DNA of 64,000 bases from NCBI GenBank assembly GCA_965140445.1, contig OZ223236.1, positions 3,808,001-3,872,000 of the forward strand. Reading direction: 5' to 3'. Made by a program: the position numbers and the translations under genes. Within the stretch, counting starts at the first letter, position 1. Every line of letters begins with the position of its first letter. The stretch is from Candidatus Ozemobacteraceae bacterium. GTDB lineage: Bacteria; Muiribacteriota; Ozemobacteria; Ozemobacterales; Ozemobacteraceae. Positions 45,260 to 55,790 of this stretch are shown here, piece after piece. The notes below the pieces were generated by a model that worked only from the letters and a program-made list of their open reading frames with translations, was not told where the DNA came from and ran no database searches.

Positions 45260-46468
45260 ATGTTAGCTCTTTTGTTTACCGTAGTAAAAACCATTTTATC
45301 AATAAGTTTCGTTCTTGTCAGTATTGCTCTGGTCCATGAATTTGGCCACTATATAACTGCAAAGTTGACTGGAATCTGGGTTCTTGAATTCGCAATTGGA
45401 TTTGGCAACCGCGTCATTAAAAAGAGATGGGGTGAAACTCTTTATTCTCTAAGGCCTTTCCCACTTGGTGGATTTGTAAGGCTCGCGGGAATGGACAACA
45501 CCGACGAATCTGAAGAAGGCGAAGAGCCAGAAGTAGATGAAGAGCTTCCAGTTGTTGAGCCTGACCATCCAAAAAGTTATGTGACCAAACCGCGATGGGT
45601 TAAAATGCTGGTTCTTGCTGCTGGTTCAGTAATGAATCTGGTATGGGCAATTGCTCTATTTATAATTATCTATGCCGTTTCTGGCGGTCCAATTACCAAC
45701 ATTGCAGTTCTGGATGCCATGAAAGGCAAACCTGCATATGAAGCTGGAATCAGAGCAGGAGATATTATTACTGCTATAGATGGTAAAAAGCTCTCCGATT
45801 GGACAGATGGAATTAAAACCATTAACAATTCAGCAGGAAAACAACTCAAGCTTTCAGTTGCCAGAAATCACCCTATTCCAAAAGCTGCCACAGGCGGAGC
45901 AATTATGCAAAACGATGTCGCAGTTAATAAGGGCACATATGAAATCCATGATCAGGAAATTCTTGACCTGACTGTTGTTCCAGAAGGTGAAATGGGTTCG
46001 GCCAAAATAGGCATAAGTCTGGCTCCCAACAATTACGACTTCCAGGTTCTTCCTTTTACCAAAGCTGTTGAGAAAGGTGTCAGCGATGGTTTAGGCGTCA
46101 TTGCCCAGACAATAACAGGCCTCTATAAAATGCTAACAAGACAGACTCAGGCTGATGTAGCCGGGCCTGTAAAAATAATGAAAATGATCAAAGATCAATC
46201 ATCCAAAGGTATCTTCGATCTACTTTATCTGACGGCAATATTATCTGTAAATATTGGCCTGATTAATCTACTGCCACTACCAGTTCTGGATGGTGGAAGA
46301 ATTGTATTTGTAATGCTTGAAGCAATATTTGCAGTTCTAAACGGATTAACAGGACTAAAACTTCAGGTTACCCAGAAAGTAGAAGAAAATATTCATTTTG
46401 TCGGTATGCTGTGCCTGCTCACACTACTTGTTTTTGTAACTTACAAAGACATTATGAGTTTTTTCTAA
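45260..46468 (+). CDS. rseP: RIP metalloprotease RseP (M50, PDZ)
   Basis: HEFGH, FAIGFG, PLGGFVRL, AGSVMN, PDZ AYEAGIRAGD, NLLPLPVLDGG. Confidence 0.95.
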   Translation: MLALLFTVVKTILSISFVLVSIALVHEFGHYITAKLTGIWVLEFAIGFGNRVIKKRWGETLYSLRPFPLGGFVRLAGMDNTDESEEGEEPEVDEELPVVEPDHPKSYVTKPRWVKMLVLAAGSVMNLVWAIALFIIIYAVSGGPITNIAVLDAMKGKPAYEAGIRAGDIITAIDGKKLSDWTDGIKTINNSAGKQLKLSVARNHPIPKAATGGAIMQNDVAVNKGTYEIHDQEILDLTVVPEGEMGSAKIGISLAPNNYDFQVLPFTKAVEKGVSDGLGVIAQTITGLYKMLTRQTQADVAGPVKIMKMIKDQSSKGIFDLLYLTAILSVNIGLINLLPLPVLDGGRIVFVMLEAIFAVLNGLTGLKLQVTQKVEENIHFVGMLCLLTLLVFVTYKDIMSFF

Positions 46469-46480
46469 ACTGATTTTTTT

Positions 46481-47323
46481 ATGAGTCAACAGGAATCCCC
46501 CAAAAAAAGTTCTTTTTGGGGGATTCTTTCTTTTCTCTCGATTTCAGCAGGAATTTCCTGCATGATTCTTTCCCAAATCCATGTTGCTTTTCTTTTCCCT
46601 GCCTTCATATTTATCCTTGCTAGATTCGGAATAGCTTCAATGGAAAAAGGCCTGATAATGGAGCTGATAAACATTGCCAAACTGGGGGGCTCAATTTTTG
46701 TTGCATTTAGATTTAGTGAAGACGTTGGACATTTTCTTGGTTTAAAAGGCGTTTTAGCCTCTCTTTCTGGGTTTTATCCAGGATTTTTTGTTACCTATCT
46801 GGTATCTGGATTAGTAATAAAACTAGTATTTAATACTAAAAAGCGCCCTACCTCGATCTCTAGATACGCTGGCTTTTGTTTTGGAATTCTTGAAGGTTGC
46901 ATCTTTTTCTACATACTTTTGAGCATGTCACTTATGATCCCTGGGAATCCCTTGAATTCCTCTGCACCAAAATTTTCAGAAAAGCTTACAGAACTGACAT
47001 CTGAGATTGTTTCTCCACTCCTTCCTGCTTCCTCCACCGGAACAATAGAGTTTATAAAGCTTGCATCTGAAATGCGCAATGGAGTCGATCCTAAAAAAGT
47101 CGACAGGGATTTACTCAGACAAAGTTTAGAACCAATTTCTCAACTTCCAGAGCTACAAAATATAACCTCTGATCAAAATCTAATGGGTATGGCGCAAAAA
47201 AAAGATATAAAAGGCCTAATTAGTCACCCAAAGGTAAAACAACTGCTTGAGAGCCCTGAATTTCAAAAAAAGCTAAAAAGCATTAACTGGGTTCAACTTA
47301 GAAAAGCTTTAAAACCCAATTAA
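46481..47323 (+). CDS. CvpA-like membrane protein
   Basis: Multiple TM segments; KGLIMELI and SRYAGFCFGILEG patterns resemble CvpA. Confidence 0.6.
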   Translation: MSQQESPKKSSFWGILSFLSISAGISCMILSQIHVAFLFPAFIFILARFGIASMEKGLIMELINIAKLGGSIFVAFRFSEDVGHFLGLKGVLASLSGFYPGFFVTYLVSGLVIKLVFNTKKRPTSISRYAGFCFGILEGCIFFYILLSMSLMIPGNPLNSSAPKFSEKLTELTSEIVSPLLPASSTGTIEFIKLASEMRNGVDPKKVDRDLLRQSLEPISQLPELQNITSDQNLMGMAQKKDIKGLISHPKVKQLLESPEFQKKLKSINWVQLRKALKPN

Positions 47324-48084
47324 CTTCCCTGTTCAAATTGCACCGCTTTGGTAAATGGAATTTCAACCCCACCAATTTTTATGCGAAAATCCGCCGTTCC
47401 ATTCACTTTCATTACCCCTTTAAGGTCATTGGTTATTTTTTTATTTTTCCCCTGTAAACGCCCCAACAAGCCTTGAAGCAATCCAGATGCGTTTTCTTTA
47501 ACCGCTTTTTGTAAACCACGCCGAGCCATAATGGAATCTACATGAAAACGAATAGGTAATCTCGCCCGGTTCATGGTTGGAATTACAGTTCGGGGGCTAA
47601 TTTGAACGCCTTTGGCAATAGTATATCCGCTAAGATTTACGTTGTAATTCAGATTTGTGAGAATAATTCCAAAAGGAAGATCATTCTTAATATCTATGGT
47701 AAATCTCGCTTTTGTAATTTTATCGGTAAGGCTGGATGAATCAAGAGAAGCTGTAACCAGTCTCATTGAAACTCTTTCGGAGGCAAGCCCCATAAAAAAA
47801 TCCAGCCTGGAAAAAACATACATTATCCCTATGGTCAGAGTCACAACCAGAATAGTTAAGACAATTGCAAAAGCCTTAAAAAGACGCTTGCTTTTGTTTA
47901 TAACTGGCTTGGCAACACTGGCTTTTCTTGAATCTGATTTTCCAGTTTTCTTTTTGCTTCCGCCTGATGATTTTTCTGCTGCGGCCGCCTTCGCTGCTGC
48001 CCTTCTATCATCTCTATTTCGACGATCATCTCGACGCCGGTCAGCACTGCGTCTACCGGCCTCATTTCTTCTATCAGCGTTCAT
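47320..48084 (-). CDS. Membrane-anchored LEA_2/WHy-domain protein with N-terminal DRR repeats
   Basis: DRR/GRR repeats, one TM helix, IDIKNDLPFGIILTNLNYNVNLSGYTIAKG (LEA_2-like). Confidence 0.7.
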   Translation of the reverse strand: MNADRRNEAGRRSADRRRDDRRNRDDRRAAAKAAAAEKSSGGSKKKTGKSDSRKASVAKPVINKSKRLFKAFAIVLTILVVTLTIGIMYVFSRLDFFMGLASERVSMRLVTASLDSSSLTDKITKARFTIDIKNDLPFGIILTNLNYNVNLSGYTIAKGVQISPRTVIPTMNRARLPIRFHVDSIMARRGLQKAVKENASGLLQGLLGRLQGKNKKITNDLKGVMKVNGTADFRIKIGGVEIPFTKAVQFEQGS

Positions 48085-48234
48085 TTTTTTCCAACCCTAT
48101 AACCTTTTTCAGCGATATCGGAACAAATCCATGGAATTTTAGTACTAAATTGCAAGTAAAGCCAATATATTTTTGGCTAAAACAACAAATCATTATATTA
48201 TTAATATAAAGAAACAAAAAAGAGTGGAAAAAAT

Positions 48235-49563
48235 ATGAACGAAAATACTGCGAATAATGAAGTGGGAGAGCCTAACAATTCAGATGTCTATCTTGCTTAT
48301 TCAAATTCATTTAAGCGCTTTCTAAAAAGCTGCGAATTTTTCTTTTTTCTTTTCCCGTTAATTTTAATTCTTTTCAACTTCTTTAATCCTTTATTTGGAT
48401 TTAGCACTACCATTCCTTCCAGATTCATAAAAATACTGTTTCTGATAATCTCAGTATTATCAGGATTAATACTAAGCCTTATAACTGAGAGATACATTTC
48501 TGTATGCAAATTTGAATTTGAAAAAAATCAAATCAGCCATATAACCTATATTGATATTTTTGGATTCAAATTCAAATACGCAGAAAAAGTTTTTTTTAAA
48601 GACCTAAAGGCAATTAAATGCGTTGCTGCTTCAGTAAAAAGTCAAAATTGGTTTGATAAGTACATTTTATTTGCTCCCCCAAAATATGGGATTGTTATTG
48701 AAACCAAAGATTCAGCAAGATTTATTGGTGATCATGCTTTTGAACTTAAAGAAGCCGAGCAAATCGCCGAAAAAATTTCCACCGCGCTTTATTGCAAACT
48801 CTTTCCTTCTGCACCTAATGTTGAAGCCATATACGATAGAACTTCAATGCAATTGATTCCAAAATTTTCTAAACCGGAATGGAAATTTTCAGCTTCAAAA
48901 ATCTTTCAGACCCTCTGGACAAATGTAACAAGCTTTTTAATCTCCTTTATCTGCTATATTTCACTCCTTACGTTTCTATGCGGATTCCTGGCTTACACAT
49001 GGCAAACGGATCTTATGCTCACTCACCAGCCTGGACTGGTTCAGCTCATAAAGCTTATACCCCAGGGAATTTACAACATCCCAAATAGAATAGCGAAGCG
49101 TATGGCTCCAGAATTAGCTAAACCAACCTCCCAGGATCCAGTAATAATAGCCGGGAGAGGAATCAGCAGAATTGTTTCCCTCTGGGAAGAAAAAAGCATA
49201 GTAATAGAAAAAATAGGTTCTCCAGCAAGAATCTCTGAGGAGCCTAATCACACGACTTTTTACTACGAGTCTCTGGAAATTCAATTTGATAATAAAACTA
49301 ACAGAGTCAGCGGAATAATGATTAAGTATCCCGGCAACAATCTCAATGCCAGAACTCCCGAAGGGTTGAAAATTGGCTCTCCCATTTCCCGGGTAATGCT
49401 TGAAATTGGTCCACCTGACCAGATTTCGGCCAGCGGGGATCTTCTCTATTCATCCAGAGGCATCAGCTTTTTTTCGGATAACCCAAGCCCAGAAATGATA
49501 ACAGGGATATTCATTTACTTACCAGACTCAGCAACTGCTTCAAAAACTAATAAACTGAAATGA
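48235..49563 (+). CDS. Hypothetical membrane protein (paralog of 50255..52357)
   Basis: Three TM segments; C-terminal TPEGLKIGSPISRV...GISFF shared with the downstream paralog. Confidence 0.75.
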   Translation: MNENTANNEVGEPNNSDVYLAYSNSFKRFLKSCEFFFFLFPLILILFNFFNPLFGFSTTIPSRFIKILFLIISVLSGLILSLITERYISVCKFEFEKNQISHITYIDIFGFKFKYAEKVFFKDLKAIKCVAASVKSQNWFDKYILFAPPKYGIVIETKDSARFIGDHAFELKEAEQIAEKISTALYCKLFPSAPNVEAIYDRTSMQLIPKFSKPEWKFSASKIFQTLWTNVTSFLISFICYISLLTFLCGFLAYTWQTDLMLTHQPGLVQLIKLIPQGIYNIPNRIAKRMAPELAKPTSQDPVIIAGRGISRIVSLWEEKSIVIEKIGSPARISEEPNHTTFYYESLEIQFDNKTNRVSGIMIKYPGNNLNARTPEGLKIGSPISRVMLEIGPPDQISASGDLLYSSRGISFFSDNPSPEMITGIFIYLPDSATASKTNKLK

Positions 49564-50186
49564 AGATTGCTACAGTATTTCTTAACGGATCAGAAAAATT
49601 TGAAGATTTTGAGCATCTTGGAATAAATGTTTCAGAATCAGATATTTTTTGTGCGGATGGAGGAGCTAATTTAGCCAGGAAAAACAATTTGTGCCCAAAG
49701 TTAATTCTCGGTGATATGGATTCTATTTCGAGTCATACCAGAGAGTTTTTCGCAGACAAATGCAAGTTTGAGCTTTTTCCAAAAAACAAGGATAAATCAG
49801 ACGGAGAACTAATATTGGAAAGGGTCTACAACCTGAATTACAGCGAAATTTTTATATTTAATGCTACTGGTGGCAGACTTGACCAGACATTTTTAAATCT
49901 AACTTTTCTTGAGTACTACCCCAATGCCAGGATTATAACTGAAAAAGAGACAGTTTTTCCTATATCGCAGGAATTGGTGATCAAGAATAAAATTGGCTGT
50001 GGTTTTTCCTTAGTTGCTGTTTCGAAAGAGATTGAACTAATTTCTCTTTCCGGCTTCAAATTCTGTGCAAATAGCGTTAAAATATCCAGAGGGAGCTCTT
50101 TAACTTCAAGCAATAAAATTACTGATAAAATCGCCTCAATAAGAATGAAAAGCGGCTTTGCATTGGCATTTGTTACCCACTCATAA
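49560..50186 (+). CDS. thiN: Thiamine diphosphokinase
   Basis: LNG, CADGGAN, GDMDS, KDKSDGE, GGRLDQ, SSN. Confidence 0.9.
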   Translation: MKIATVFLNGSEKFEDFEHLGINVSESDIFCADGGANLARKNNLCPKLILGDMDSISSHTREFFADKCKFELFPKNKDKSDGELILERVYNLNYSEIFIFNATGGRLDQTFLNLTFLEYYPNARIITEKETVFPISQELVIKNKIGCGFSLVAVSKEIELISLSGFKFCANSVKISRGSSLTSSNKITDKIASIRMKSGFALAFVTHS

Positions 50187-50254
50187 ATAATAGTTAATAA
50201 TCTAACAACTTCGCCCGATTACAACTTTACAAAAGCTATTCAGGAGAGCATAAA

Positions 50255-52357
50255 TTGCCTACGCGAGAACTGGATTCGATAAATAGTCAGTCAATGTTTT
50301 TCGAGAATTTTTCTCGAACCAGTTTTATCGGGAAAACAGCAAAATGGGCTCATTTTTTTGCTTATGGATTTATTTTTTTCCAGATTGGTTCCATTTTAGT
50401 TCAACAGATCTTTCCTTTCTCCGTTTCCCCTCCCGATCTGTTCCTTCAACTACTATTTTTGCTGATTTTGTGGGGTTTAGTTGAAGTCCTGACAATATTT
50501 TTAGACGCCTGCTCTGATGTGGCAACGGTTGATTATGAGCATCATTGGATAAGTTTGGTCCAGAAAAGATTTATTTTTACCAGAGTAAAAATACTTGCCA
50601 GCTTTAACCAGATAATGGCCATTGGTGTAACCTGCAGACCCGAAGCAATGAGTTCAAAATACTTTTCCGACTCACCAGATCGATACGCTTTGGTTATCCA
50701 GAATTTTAATCAAAAACTGATTAGAATTACTGACTTTAACTTAAGCCAGGTCGAAGCAAATAATTTTGTTAACAGATTCCATTCATCCCACTTGCCTGGT
50801 GCGAGAATATTCTTAGCCGAAGCAAATATGGAGTTATTTTTGGACTCAGTTACAGGCGAAATTTGTCGCCGCCCCTGCCAAAGATCATGGCTTACATTAG
50901 TTGATGCATTTACCATACCAATTTTTCAATCAATGTTGTCTTTCGTGTTAGTTTACTTTTTCATATGGGGCTCATTTACAATTTTAAACTCCATATCTAT
51001 AAAAGTATTTTCAACAAACCTTAAAATAAGAAAACAACCCATTATTCAGCTAATTTCCGGATCTGATGGATTATACGAAGATTCAGAAGTCTGTAATTTG
51101 CCAGGACCTGAGGGCCCAGCCCCATCCCTGCCTATTGCAGATAAGGAGAATCCGCCACTTGTTTTAACAACTTCAACCAGCAATCAATCAGGAGTTTCCA
51201 TTGATTTTTCAAATCAAAAAATTGAAACAAGCGGTTTGCTGCCTAATAACAAAGCTTCACAGACATCAATAATCACCGACACTCAGAGTATTAGCTCTGA
51301 ATCAAGTATTCTTGTCTCAAAAATCTCCACCGACACAAATTCAAATTTGAAATCAGAGCCAGTAGAAACGGGAAAAAGTTTTAGCGAAGTTATAGCAAAT
51401 TCGATTTTGCAAACATCTTCTGCAACTACAACTGTTAACAACCAGGCTCCTGATACAAATGAAACACAAAGCGAATCTAACAAGAAAATCGCATCAGAAA
51501 AACAGACTATTGTTATTGCTGAAAATCTAAATGAAAAAATTGAACCTAAAATTAAGGAAAATGACTCTCAAAAAATCATCAAAAACGCATTGAACGAAGA
51601 AAATTCTAGTTTTGATGAAGGCAAATATCAGCCTGCAGAAATTCCACCAGTAGCAAAGGCCAGACCAAAAGCCATAAAACTAAGAATTGACCCAATTATT
51701 GCCGGGGTTCCAGATGTTAATCTTGAAAGCTTTGTAAAAAATACATCTTCTTCAAACTCAACAACAAACTCTAACAAGAAGATCAAAACAGAAAAAGAAG
51801 AAATCTTAAAAACTGATGTCATAGACCCAATTTCAACTGAAATTGAAAAGCCCAAAAAGCCATCTGTTGATACAGACCCGGCAAAAAGTAGGCCCGCGTT
51901 AGCCAAAACCTTTAACCCAGCTGCATTCAAAACCCTTCAAACCTCAATTCTACCTGGTTTTGGAATCCATTCCATTTCTGCAATTGGCGACACAGCAGCT
52001 GGAGCAATAAAGAAACTTGGGCAACCGATCTTTAGACAAAAAGCACAAACTGAATGGCAGATTATTTACCCTGATTTTACAATAATAGCCACCCTCAAGA
52101 AGCTTGAACGGGTAAAAAGAATAAACATTACTAAACGAAAGTCTCAAAAGTTTGGACTGCTTTCAACTCCTCAAGGTATTTCTGTTGGTTCACCAATGGA
52201 ACAGGTTAGAGCTAAATATGGCGCAGCTACACTAAAAGATTTATATCCTGGTCTGCACTTTCCATCAATGGGAATTTCATTTATTCCATCACCAACTTCA
52301 CCAGAAACTGTTGGAGCAATTGAGATATATAAACCGGAAAAGAAAATTAGAAATTAA
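50255..52357 (+). CDS. Hypothetical membrane protein with long Ser/Thr/Asn-rich linker
   Basis: TM segments, low-complexity middle, C-terminal TPQGISVGSPMEQV...GISFI; start codon uncertain. Confidence 0.75.
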   Translation: MPTRELDSINSQSMFFENFSRTSFIGKTAKWAHFFAYGFIFFQIGSILVQQIFPFSVSPPDLFLQLLFLLILWGLVEVLTIFLDACSDVATVDYEHHWISLVQKRFIFTRVKILASFNQIMAIGVTCRPEAMSSKYFSDSPDRYALVIQNFNQKLIRITDFNLSQVEANNFVNRFHSSHLPGARIFLAEANMELFLDSVTGEICRRPCQRSWLTLVDAFTIPIFQSMLSFVLVYFFIWGSFTILNSISIKVFSTNLKIRKQPIIQLISGSDGLYEDSEVCNLPGPEGPAPSLPIADKENPPLVLTTSTSNQSGVSIDFSNQKIETSGLLPNNKASQTSIITDTQSISSESSILVSKISTDTNSNLKSEPVETGKSFSEVIANSILQTSSATTTVNNQAPDTNETQSESNKKIASEKQTIVIAENLNEKIEPKIKENDSQKIIKNALNEENSSFDEGKYQPAEIPPVAKARPKAIKLRIDPIIAGVPDVNLESFVKNTSSSNSTTNSNKKIKTEKEEILKTDVIDPISTEIEKPKKPSVDTDPAKSRPALAKTFNPAAFKTLQTSILPGFGIHSISAIGDTAAGAIKKLGQPIFRQKAQTEWQIIYPDFTIIATLKKLERVKRINITKRKSQKFGLLSTPQGISVGSPMEQVRAKYGAATLKDLYPGLHFPSMGISFIPSPTSPETVGAIEIYKPEKKIRN

Positions 52358-53210
52358 TAGTCTTTTCGAGATTCTTAAGCTCCATTTTTAGCCGATGATC
52401 ATAGGTTCTACAGACCAGCTTATCCTTATAAAAATATAGGGATCTAGTCCATAAATCATCATGAAATTGCGGGCGAATAGACATATCTAAAACGCTAAAT
52501 CCATCTAAATCACAAACAATAAAATTGAAAATCTTCCCCTCATATAGATTGAAACGATGCTCTACCAGTTCTTTTTTCATACCAAAATGAACATGCCCAG
52601 CAACCCAGGCCTTGATCTGAGGATGCGAAAGAACTACTTTTTTCAATTCTGAGGCTGGTTGAGCAATGTAGTTAATTGCCGGGGGGTACAATTTTAATAC
52701 ATCCTCACTCCACAATGGTGCATGGCAGAAAACAACAGTTTTTCTGTCCGGTTCTTTGCCCAACTCGTCATTAAACCAATCTAGCTGGCACTTTGACAAA
52801 GCTGAATAAAGCGGGCTATCCAGTCCATCAAGCGCCAAAAAAATCAATTTATAACTTCCAAACTCCTGGGAAAAATACAATTCCTGCTCGGGGAAAGCTT
52901 TTTTAAATCTTTTAAACTTTTCCTTTCTCTCAGCCTTCGATGCTGGAATAAATCCCAAATCTGAGTAATAATTATCGTGGTTTCCAATTAAAGTAAAAAA
53001 AGGCTTTTCAATCTGCCTCAGAAAATTACTGGCAAATTTATATTCTGATTCTGTGCCAAAACCAGAACAAATATCACCAATAGAAACAACTAGATCTACA
53101 TCATTCCAGGAATTAATTTCCCGAATCAAATTTAGTTTTGCATCCAGATTCCTACCCGGTAAATGAGGGTCACCAAGCACTACAATTCTTTTATATTTGT
53201 CTTGGGGCAA
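52347..53210 (-). CDS. Calcineurin-like metallophosphoesterase
   Basis: GDPH, IGD, GNHD, CHAP, GHVH. Confidence 0.88.
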   Translation of the reverse strand: MPQDKYKRIVVLGDPHLPGRNLDAKLNLIREINSWNDVDLVVSIGDICSGFGTESEYKFASNFLRQIEKPFFTLIGNHDNYYSDLGFIPASKAERKEKFKRFKKAFPEQELYFSQEFGSYKLIFLALDGLDSPLYSALSKCQLDWFNDELGKEPDRKTVVFCHAPLWSEDVLKLYPPAINYIAQPASELKKVVLSHPQIKAWVAGHVHFGMKKELVEHRFNLYEGKIFNFIVCDLDGFSVLDMSIRPQFHDDLWTRSLYFYKDKLVCRTYDHRLKMELKNLEKTINF

Positions 53211-53283
53211 TTAAAAAACTCCGTAAAGAACAAATTTTGTGCAAGTCACCCATTTTTTGAGGGGTTCAAAGTTAGTTCAGAAA

Positions 53284-54402
53284 CTACTTCTGTAAAAATT
53301 CAATTAGATCTTCCATCTCTGAGTAACTATACTCTTCATCATATTTGCCAACAATATCACCAAAGCCGGCAAACCCCAAAACAACCGGAATCTTTCCTTT
53401 TCCACTTTTTAAAGCTTTACTACCTTTATCTTTTTTAATCTTTAAATCCAATATTTCAACACAGGTTAAGTCAAAATCAACACTTAGCTGCTTCCATGTT
53501 TCTCGATATCGTGATTTACAGTTTGGGCAGGTATATTCCCAAATACCCGAAAATTCACCGGTTGGATCCGGGATTTCTTCAACTTTATCCAGATGCTCAC
53601 GCATAGCACCAAAAAGGAGCTCGGCATCAAAAAACCGATCTTCGCTTTTCCATTGAACTATCTGTCTGACTCTTGGATATTCGCAAGCACAACCAGATTC
53701 GTACATTGCATTTATCAGTTTGGTAAAGCCTTTTGACAGTTCTCCGGCAACTCTGTTGAATTCATTCAGATGATCGAGATTATCATTCCACTCAACTCCG
53801 ACGCCTATCTTTAAGGTTCCTTCATGATAACCAGTATCATCCAGCTTTTGAACAACAGCGGTTCCGTCTTCTTCTACGGGACTAATGTATGCAAATTCAG
53901 GTTCTACAACAACTTTTCCCTTTTTATCAATAATGCCATATCGCTCAGCATCATCAACGCAGACTACGGCATAGCCATTGCTGAATTCTTCTGCTTGAAC
54001 AAAGCGACAGTCGATAACAATTTTACCCTTTTTATCAACATAACCAAACTTACTATCTTTTATTGCAACCTTCGCCAGTCCTTCATGAAAGTTTTCGCAA
54101 TATTGAAAAGTTGGTGGGATTGCAATCTTTCCTTTCTTATCTATAAAACCCCACTTACCGTCCTTTCTAAATGAAGCCAACCCTTCAGAAAAATCACAAT
54201 AACATTCAACTTCATCAGTCAGCGGTATAAATTCTTCACCTTTCAAATTCACAAATCCGTGCTTTCCATCATTGATAACCTGAAAACAACCATCACTAAA
54301 AGGAGCTACAAAACTGTAAATAGCTGGAACAACAACTTCTCCATCCTCTGTTTTGATACCCATTTTTTCATTTTCATAATACTGGACGTATTCGATTTCC
54401 AT
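53284..54402 (-). CDS. WG-repeat (KWG-type) protein
   Basis: Repeated FSEGLA..KDGKWGFIDKKGKIAIP units; C-terminal Cys-containing domain (CAC, CPNC). Confidence 0.9.
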   Translation of the reverse strand: MEIEYVQYYENEKMGIKTEDGEVVVPAIYSFVAPFSDGCFQVINDGKHGFVNLKGEEFIPLTDEVECYCDFSEGLASFRKDGKWGFIDKKGKIAIPPTFQYCENFHEGLAKVAIKDSKFGYVDKKGKIVIDCRFVQAEEFSNGYAVVCVDDAERYGIIDKKGKVVVEPEFAYISPVEEDGTAVVQKLDDTGYHEGTLKIGVGVEWNDNLDHLNEFNRVAGELSKGFTKLINAMYESGCACEYPRVRQIVQWKSEDRFFDAELLFGAMREHLDKVEEIPDPTGEFSGIWEYTCPNCKSRYRETWKQLSVDFDLTCVEILDLKIKKDKGSKALKSGKGKIPVVLGFAGFGDIVGKYDEEYSYSEMEDLIEFLQK

Positions 54403-54549
54403 TTAATCACTCCTGATGTAGTTGTTTAGCGGTATTGCCTAAAATAGCATACCAGCACTGGCACCTCAAGCTATATTCAATCAATACTGAATTTCAAAGT
54501 TGAGTTAGTTTTCCTTTTCCAACTATTATCTAATGCTATAATCAAAGAT

Positions 54550-55395
54550 ATGAAAACTTCACTTCAGAAAAACAAAAAAAGTCACTGGCTAATCTGGGTT
54601 TTTATTTTTTTCTGGACGTTTCTTTTTGCTTATCCCTCAATTTGGCACCTGACCATAGGTGAACACTGGACTCAAATTAGAACTGAAGAGAATCTTGGAG
54701 CTGGGATAGAGATGTTTTTCTATCCTTTCATGCATAAATATTACTCTTTATGCTATCCAATCCATAGTTCCGCAAAATTGGATGAATGCGAAATTTTTAT
54801 AAACCCCCAATTTTCAAAAAAGCAACTTGTGGCGCTAGATGGGCAAAAAAAATCCCCTCTTTTTTACTCAATAACATACCTTAATGCTACTTTTACAAGA
54901 TTACTTCTGGAAAATGGTGCTCCAATTAATGATGAATCATTCAAAGCTTTAAAATTTTCTCCCATGTATCCAGCAGTTCTCAAAAAAAACAAACCGCTTA
55001 AGAAAGTTTTAATGAAATATGGAGCAAAAACCAACATTCATGGCGCAAACGGGAATACGCCTCTACACATAGCTATTAAAACAAACCAGCCAGAAATTGT
55101 TGATTACGCAATCAATAACCATGAAAATCTTGAAATAACCAATTCGGATGGTCAGACTCCATTAGAATACGCAGTAATAAACAACAATTTAAAAGCAGTT
55201 ATTGCCTTAGCAATTGGTGGAGCAAATTATGAAAAAGATTTCGAGTCAAAGGATCTTGATATTCAAATTTTCCTAGCCAGGTGTAAGAACTCAAAAAATC
55301 CAGAGAAATCTGCTACTTTTCTATCAGAAAATCACCAAAAGCCTTATAATAAGTGGAGATTACCAGCAGAATTCCCAGTTGAAATAAAAAAGTGA
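54550..55395 (+). CDS. Membrane-anchored ankyrin-repeat protein
   Basis: GNTPLHIA, GQTPLEYA, LLLENGA; N-terminal TM. Confidence 0.85.
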   Translation: MKTSLQKNKKSHWLIWVFIFFWTFLFAYPSIWHLTIGEHWTQIRTEENLGAGIEMFFYPFMHKYYSLCYPIHSSAKLDECEIFINPQFSKKQLVALDGQKKSPLFYSITYLNATFTRLLLENGAPINDESFKALKFSPMYPAVLKKNKPLKKVLMKYGAKTNIHGANGNTPLHIAIKTNQPEIVDYAINNHENLEITNSDGQTPLEYAVINNNLKAVIALAIGGANYEKDFESKDLDIQIFLARCKNSKNPEKSATFLSENHQKPYNKWRLPAEFPVEIKK

Positions 55396-55404
55396 GAAAA
55401 TAAA

Positions 55405-55752
55405 ATGGAAAAATTCGAAAAACTGCTACTTAAATTAAGAGTATTTAGACAAGAGAGAGACTGGGAAAAGTTCCATAAGCCCAAGGAAGTTGCCATGGCA
55501 GCTGCAATTGAAGCTGCAGAACTAATGGAAATTTTTCTCTGGAAAAATGAAGAAGAAATAAAGAGGTTTATCGCCAAAAATAGAGAAACAGTTGCAGACG
55601 AAATAGCTGACACGGCAGTCTATCTTATGCTTTTGGCAGACGATCTAGGAATAGATCTTCTTGATGCAATTGAAGCTAAAATGAAAAAAAATGCAGAAAA
55701 ATATCCAGTAGAAAAGTGTAAGGGAAGATATGAGAAATATAGCGAGCTTTAA
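55405..55752 (+). CDS. MazG-like nucleotide pyrophosphohydrolase
   Basis: FRQERDWEKFH, EAAELMEIF, DEIAD, KMKKNAEKYP. Confidence 0.92.
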   Translation: MEKFEKLLLKLRVFRQERDWEKFHKPKEVAMAAAIEAAELMEIFLWKNEEEIKRFIAKNRETVADEIADTAVYLMLLADDLGIDLLDAIEAKMKKNAEKYPVEKCKGRYEKYSEL

Positions 55753-55790
55753 GAACTTTGAAAATAGCTTAATACTTTGTTTTTAGACTC

